Shown in pieces: positions 7,199-10,455 of a DNA stretch of 10,455 bases. How positions within the stretch are numbered: position 1 is the stretch's first letter; the number at the start of each line of letters is the position of its first letter. Below the pieces are notes generated by a model. It saw only the letters and a list, made by a program, of their open reading frames with translations, searched no databases and was not told the DNA's origin. The position numbers and the translations under genes are program-made. The stretch covers positions 1-10,455 of the forward strand of contig CAWJMT010000039.1 in assembly GCA_963844035.1 (NCBI GenBank). The letters are read 5' to 3'. The stretch comes from an uncultured Gemmatimonadales bacterium. GTDB lineage: Bacteria > Gemmatimonadota > Gemmatimonadetes > Gemmatimonadales > GWC2-71-9.

Positions 7199-8599
7199 AT
7201 GATAGACGTACTCGTCATTGGCGCGGGACCGGCCGGGGTGGTCGCGGCGCTGCGCGCCGCGGACCTCGGCGCTCGCACGGCGCTGGTCACTCGCGACGAG
7301 TTCGGCGGCATGGCGGCCAATGACGGTCCTGTTCCCGTGCGGACGCTGGCTCATGCGGCGCGGTTGATCCGCGAGGCGCGGCAGCTCGGACAATACGGCA
7401 TTGCGGTGAGCGAGCCGGTGCTGGATTACCCTCGGCTGCTCGCGCGCGTCCGCGAGGTCGCCCACGACGTGCGTGCCTGTTCGACATGGCGCGAGCAGAT
7501 CGATTCGCTGGGCGTGTCCGTGTACGAACACGCCGGCATCGCGCGGTTCGTCGATCCGCACACGATCGAAACGGCGACCGGGCTGCGGCTGCAGGCGGAA
7601 AAATTCATCCTTTGCACGGGAGGAATCAGTCGGCGGCTCGACGTCCCCGGATTCGAGTTCACGAACACGCACAGCGACGCCTGGAGCCTGACCTCGGTGC
7701 CGCCGTCGATGCTGGTGATTGGCGGCGGCGCCACCGGGGCGCAGGTCGCTTCGGTCTTCAACGCCTTCGGCTCGCGAGTGCAACTGTTCCATCGCGGCCC
7801 GCGCATTCTGCCGACGGAAGACGAAGACATTTCGGCGGCCGTCGCCTCCGCATTCCGCAGCGCGGGGATCGCGGTGCAGGAGAACTTCGGCGAGATCGAA
7901 TCGTTCGAGAAAACGCCAAGCGGCGTGCGCATGAACTACTGCCGGGACGGCGATCGCAGCAGCGCGGAAGCGTCGCTCGCGGTCGTGGCCGTCGGCTGGC
8001 AGGCGAACACGGCCGGGCTGAACCTCGCGGCGGCGGGCGTCGAGACCGATGCGCGGGGCTTTGTGCGCGTCGATCCCTATCTGCGAACGTCCGCGCCGCA
8101 CATTTTTGCCGCCGGCGATGTCACTGGTCGCCTGCTGCTGGTCCCGCCGGCGATTCAGGACGGCTTCGTGGCGGCGACCAATGCGGTTCGCGGCGCGACG
8201 ATGACGCTGGGCGAAGCGGTGAACCCGATCGGCAGCTTCACGGACCCGGAATACGCCCAGGTGGGACTGACCGAATCGCAGGCCCGAGCGGCACACGATG
8301 TCGTGGCCTCGACGATCCACTTCGACGCGACCACGCGCACGATCATCGACGGTCGCACGTTCGGCTTTTGCAAACTGATCGTCGATCGCGCGACGCACAA
8401 GATTCTCGGTTGCCACGTCGTCGGCGAACGGGCGGTCGAGATCACGCAGGTCGCGGCGATCGCCATCACCGCCGGAATGCGAGTCGATGAGCTGGCTCAC
8501 GTTCCGCTTTCGTTTCCGACGTATGCCGGCATTCTCGGTCGCGTGGCGGCCAGCGTGACACGGCAGCTTAATCGGCAAGACTTTTGGCAAACGAGCTGA
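7199..8599 (+). CDS. Pyridine nucleotide-disulfide oxidoreductase family flavoprotein (dihydrolipoamide dehydrogenase-like fold) lacking the redox-active cysteines; possible NAD(P)H:quinone-type reductase
   Basis: Intact 466-aa ORF with GGAG at 7185-7188. Motifs: FAD dinucleotide motif DVLVIGAGPAG, ILCTGG, NAD(P)H motif LVIGGGATG, TSAPHIFAAGDV, FTDPEYAQVGLTE, and interface domain GFCKLIVD...ILGCHVVG. The CxxxxC site reads GGMAANDGPVP and the HPTxxE site reads FPTYAG. Confidence 0.92.
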   Translation: MIDVLVIGAGPAGVVAALRAADLGARTALVTRDEFGGMAANDGPVPVRTLAHAARLIREARQLGQYGIAVSEPVLDYPRLLARVREVAHDVRACSTWREQIDSLGVSVYEHAGIARFVDPHTIETATGLRLQAEKFILCTGGISRRLDVPGFEFTNTHSDAWSLTSVPPSMLVIGGGATGAQVASVFNAFGSRVQLFHRGPRILPTEDEDISAAVASAFRSAGIAVQENFGEIESFEKTPSGVRMNYCRDGDRSSAEASLAVVAVGWQANTAGLNLAAAGVETDARGFVRVDPYLRTSAPHIFAAGDVTGRLLLVPPAIQDGFVAATNAVRGATMTLGEAVNPIGSFTDPEYAQVGLTESQARAAHDVVASTIHFDATTRTIIDGRTFGFCKLIVDRATHKILGCHVVGERAVEITQVAAIAITAGMRVDELAHVPLSFPTYAGILGRVAASVTRQLNRQDFWQTS

Positions 8600-8635
8600 G
8601 AACGAACTCCAACATCCTGCATCGGAAGGAAACGA

Positions 8636-9652
8636 ATGACCACACCTCAACCCGCCCGCACCTACAACCAGGACCACGTCGCCCGTAAACACACGCCCGG
8701 CAAACGCCGCGTGAGCATCTACTGGACCTGGAGCTATCCGTGGGAAACGAACCGCGATCTCACCGAGATGGACAATCGGTTTTCCTCGATGACCGAAGTT
8801 CGCCGGGTCGCGTGGCCGGCTTTCGAAGCCTCCGAGTGGGACAAGATGAATTTCCTGCAAGGCATCGGCGGAACCTTGGAGTTGTTCCATCGGTCCACGC
8901 TTTCATTCCAGAAGATCGTCGGTGAGGCGACCGGGCATCCCGTCGCCGTGTTTCAGCGCATCGATCAGGCCGGCTACAAGCTGCCGATTGACGAACGAGT
9001 GCTGGCCGACACGGACACGTTGATGGTGTTCGGCCTGGACCACCTCGTCGCCGAACAGGAAGCGGAGCCGGGCGAAATCGACGCGATCCGCGAGTGGCTC
9101 AAACGCGAAGGGACCTGCCTGCTGCTCGCCCCGCACCACGACGTCGGCTTCACCGACGACGCGAAGCAGCGGCAGGTGGAATATCGCCACCACGGCGACG
9201 AACTCGTGCCTCGCCAGCAGCGATTCAGCCAATACACGCGCTCGCTGATGAAGGCGCTCAACGTCCCGGTCATCAATCAATGGGGACTTCGTCCCGCAGT
9301 CGTGAAAGGGACGAAGGAGATCGCGCCGCTGACCGCCTTCCGCGACCTCGACAAGTTGGGGTTGTTGAACAACGTCACCACATTCAACTTCCACCTGCAC
9401 TTGCCGCATTACGAAGTGACCACCCAGGACGCGAAGTCGGTGCATGTCCTGGGCCGGCAACTCATCGACCCCGACCGCCCGCACCCCTTCACAGCCGCGG
9501 GCAACAAGGAGTTCAACTGCCTGCTCTGGCTGCCGCCCACCGAACAACGAGCCGGCGACATCTTGCTCATCGACTCCACCCACTTCACCACGCTCTTCGG
9601 CGGCACGGACAGCCTGGCGAACCTTTGGCGAAATCTTGCGCTGATGAAATGA
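8636..9652 (+). CDS. Protein of unknown function (338 aa), His-rich; central part suggests a class I glutamine-amidotransferase-like fold
   Basis: RBS GGAAGGA at 8624-8630. Intact ORF with GC-rich third codon positions. LADTDTLMVFG...EIDAIREWLKREGTCLLLAPHHD resembles the beta-alpha-beta pattern of GATase1-like domains (fold call is inference). No signal peptide or TM segment is evident. Confidence 0.85.
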   Translation: MTTPQPARTYNQDHVARKHTPGKRRVSIYWTWSYPWETNRDLTEMDNRFSSMTEVRRVAWPAFEASEWDKMNFLQGIGGTLELFHRSTLSFQKIVGEATGHPVAVFQRIDQAGYKLPIDERVLADTDTLMVFGLDHLVAEQEAEPGEIDAIREWLKREGTCLLLAPHHDVGFTDDAKQRQVEYRHHGDELVPRQQRFSQYTRSLMKALNVPVINQWGLRPAVVKGTKEIAPLTAFRDLDKLGLLNNVTTFNFHLHLPHYEVTTQDAKSVHVLGRQLIDPDRPHPFTAAGNKEFNCLLWLPPTEQRAGDILLIDSTHFTTLFGGTDSLANLWRNLALMK

Positions 9653-9747
9653 TGGCGGAGGAGCTCCTATAAGGGTCACCTAGAGGGTGACGGCGCAGGC
9701 GGCGGCTAAAATACAATAACCCAACGTTTGTCTGGTTTTTTTTGGGA

Positions 9748-9770
9748 AACAGGCGGCTCGCCTGCTCCAC
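9748..9770 (-). repeat. GTGG-footed REP-like hairpin
   Basis: The minus strand reads GTGG AGCAGGCG AGC CGCCTGTT: a tetranucleotide foot plus an 8-bp stem with one G:T pair and a 3-nt loop. It is intergenic. Confidence 0.6.
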
Positions 9771-9825
9771 GAAGGAACATTGACTCGCCAATCCGCGACG
9801 CCATTTATTTCAGGAGAATCATACG

Positions 9826-10455
9826 ATGGCCCACATTCTCTCGCAGCACTGGCTCTTGAGCCGCCGCCACGTCCTGCGGGGACTCGGCGTTTCGCTCGCG
9901 CTTGCCGCTGCTTGACTGCATGCGTCCGTTGCGAGCGGCCGACACCGCGAACCGGGCCAAGCGCAGCGTCTTCATCTACCTCCCCAACGGCGTCAACACC
10001 ATCGACTACCAGATCACGCAGGCCGGCAGCAGACTACCGGTTCTCGAGGGCGCTGCAACCTCTCGAGAGACACCGTGCCAGCATCACGCCCATCAGCGGG
10101 CTGTATCATCCGAACGGGCTGGGCCATCATCACAATTGCAGCACCATCTGGCTCACCGGCGGCAAGATCGGGCAATCGGAACGGAACACCATCTCGGTCG
10201 ATCAGCTCATGGCCCAGGTGACCGCGCCGCGGACGCGTTTCTCGTCGCTCGAACTCAGCAACCAGGGCCATTCGCTGTCGTGCAGCGCGGACGGCATCGG
10301 CCTGCCCGCCCAGGGGAATCCGAGCGTCGTCTTCCGCGAACTCTTCGAAGAACCGCAAGGCGGGACGGCCCGGCAACGGCGCGGCTTGCAGCGCCGCGGC
10401 AGCATCCTCGATGCCGTCCTCGGCGAGGCGCGCCGCTCGGCGATCAACTTGGCGC
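9826..10455 (+). CDS. DUF1552-type protein typical of Planctomycetes (3' end outside window; frameshifts at about 9901 and 10028)
   Basis: RBS AGGAG at 9812-9816 and ATG at 9826. Stitched translation: [32 protein letters not shown]...[12 protein letters not shown]...[19 protein letters not shown]...WLTG...[11 protein letters not shown]....TRFSSLEL...LP...[10 protein letters not shown]...RRGSILDAV. These motifs are characteristic of the family. The leader is twin-arginine-like. Confidence 0.88.

Noticed and set aside
7199..8599. Calling the flavoprotein lpdA/merA/gor/sthA
   Set aside because: It has no CxxxxC, no HPTxxE and no C-terminal Cys pair, and there are no 2-oxoacid dehydrogenase or mer genes nearby. 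Orthology cannot be shown without a tree.
7169..8890. 573-aa minus-strand ORF
   Set aside because: It is the antisense shadow of the flavoprotein and the next gene in high-GC DNA, with no recognisable motifs.
9675..9743. Rho-independent terminator or promoter after the cassette
   Set aside because: The GTCACC/GGTGAC hairpin (9675-9691) has no adjacent U-tract, and the T-run at 9736-9743 has only a weak bulged stem before it. TAAAAT/TACAAT at 9707-9717 lacks a well-spaced -35.
3311..9825. Autonomous mobile element, prophage or encapsulin locus
   Set aside because: No transposase, integrase, tRNA attachment site, target-site duplication, phage gene or encapsulin shell gene is recognisable in the window.

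Overview
High-GC bacterial fragment, most likely Planctomycetota (inferred from the DUF1552-type gene and the REP-like repeat style). All real genes are on the + strand. The left flank (1-3310) holds the 3' part of a PAS/PAC hybrid histidine kinase with a receiver domain, a REP/REPIN-like element with five tandem 26-bp units closed by a perfect 26-bp inverted arm, and folC. Both flank genes carry many single-base frameshifts that look like long-read errors. The centre (about 3450-9650) is a co-directional, mostly clean cassette: a small membrane protein, two paralogous ~180-190 aa proteins of unknown function, an NTF2/SnoaL-like protein, a truncated DyP peroxidase stub, a full-length DyP-type heme peroxidase, a disulfide-reductase-family flavoprotein that lacks both redox cysteines and the His-Glu pair, and a His-rich 338-aa protein. 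Two related GTAG/GTGG-footed hairpins in opposite orientation bracket the cassette. The right end (9826 onward) is the start of a DUF1552-type gene. The best candidate for an undescribed system is the DyP + Cys-free flavoreductase + accessory protein cassette. All family calls come from reading motifs by eye, with no database search.
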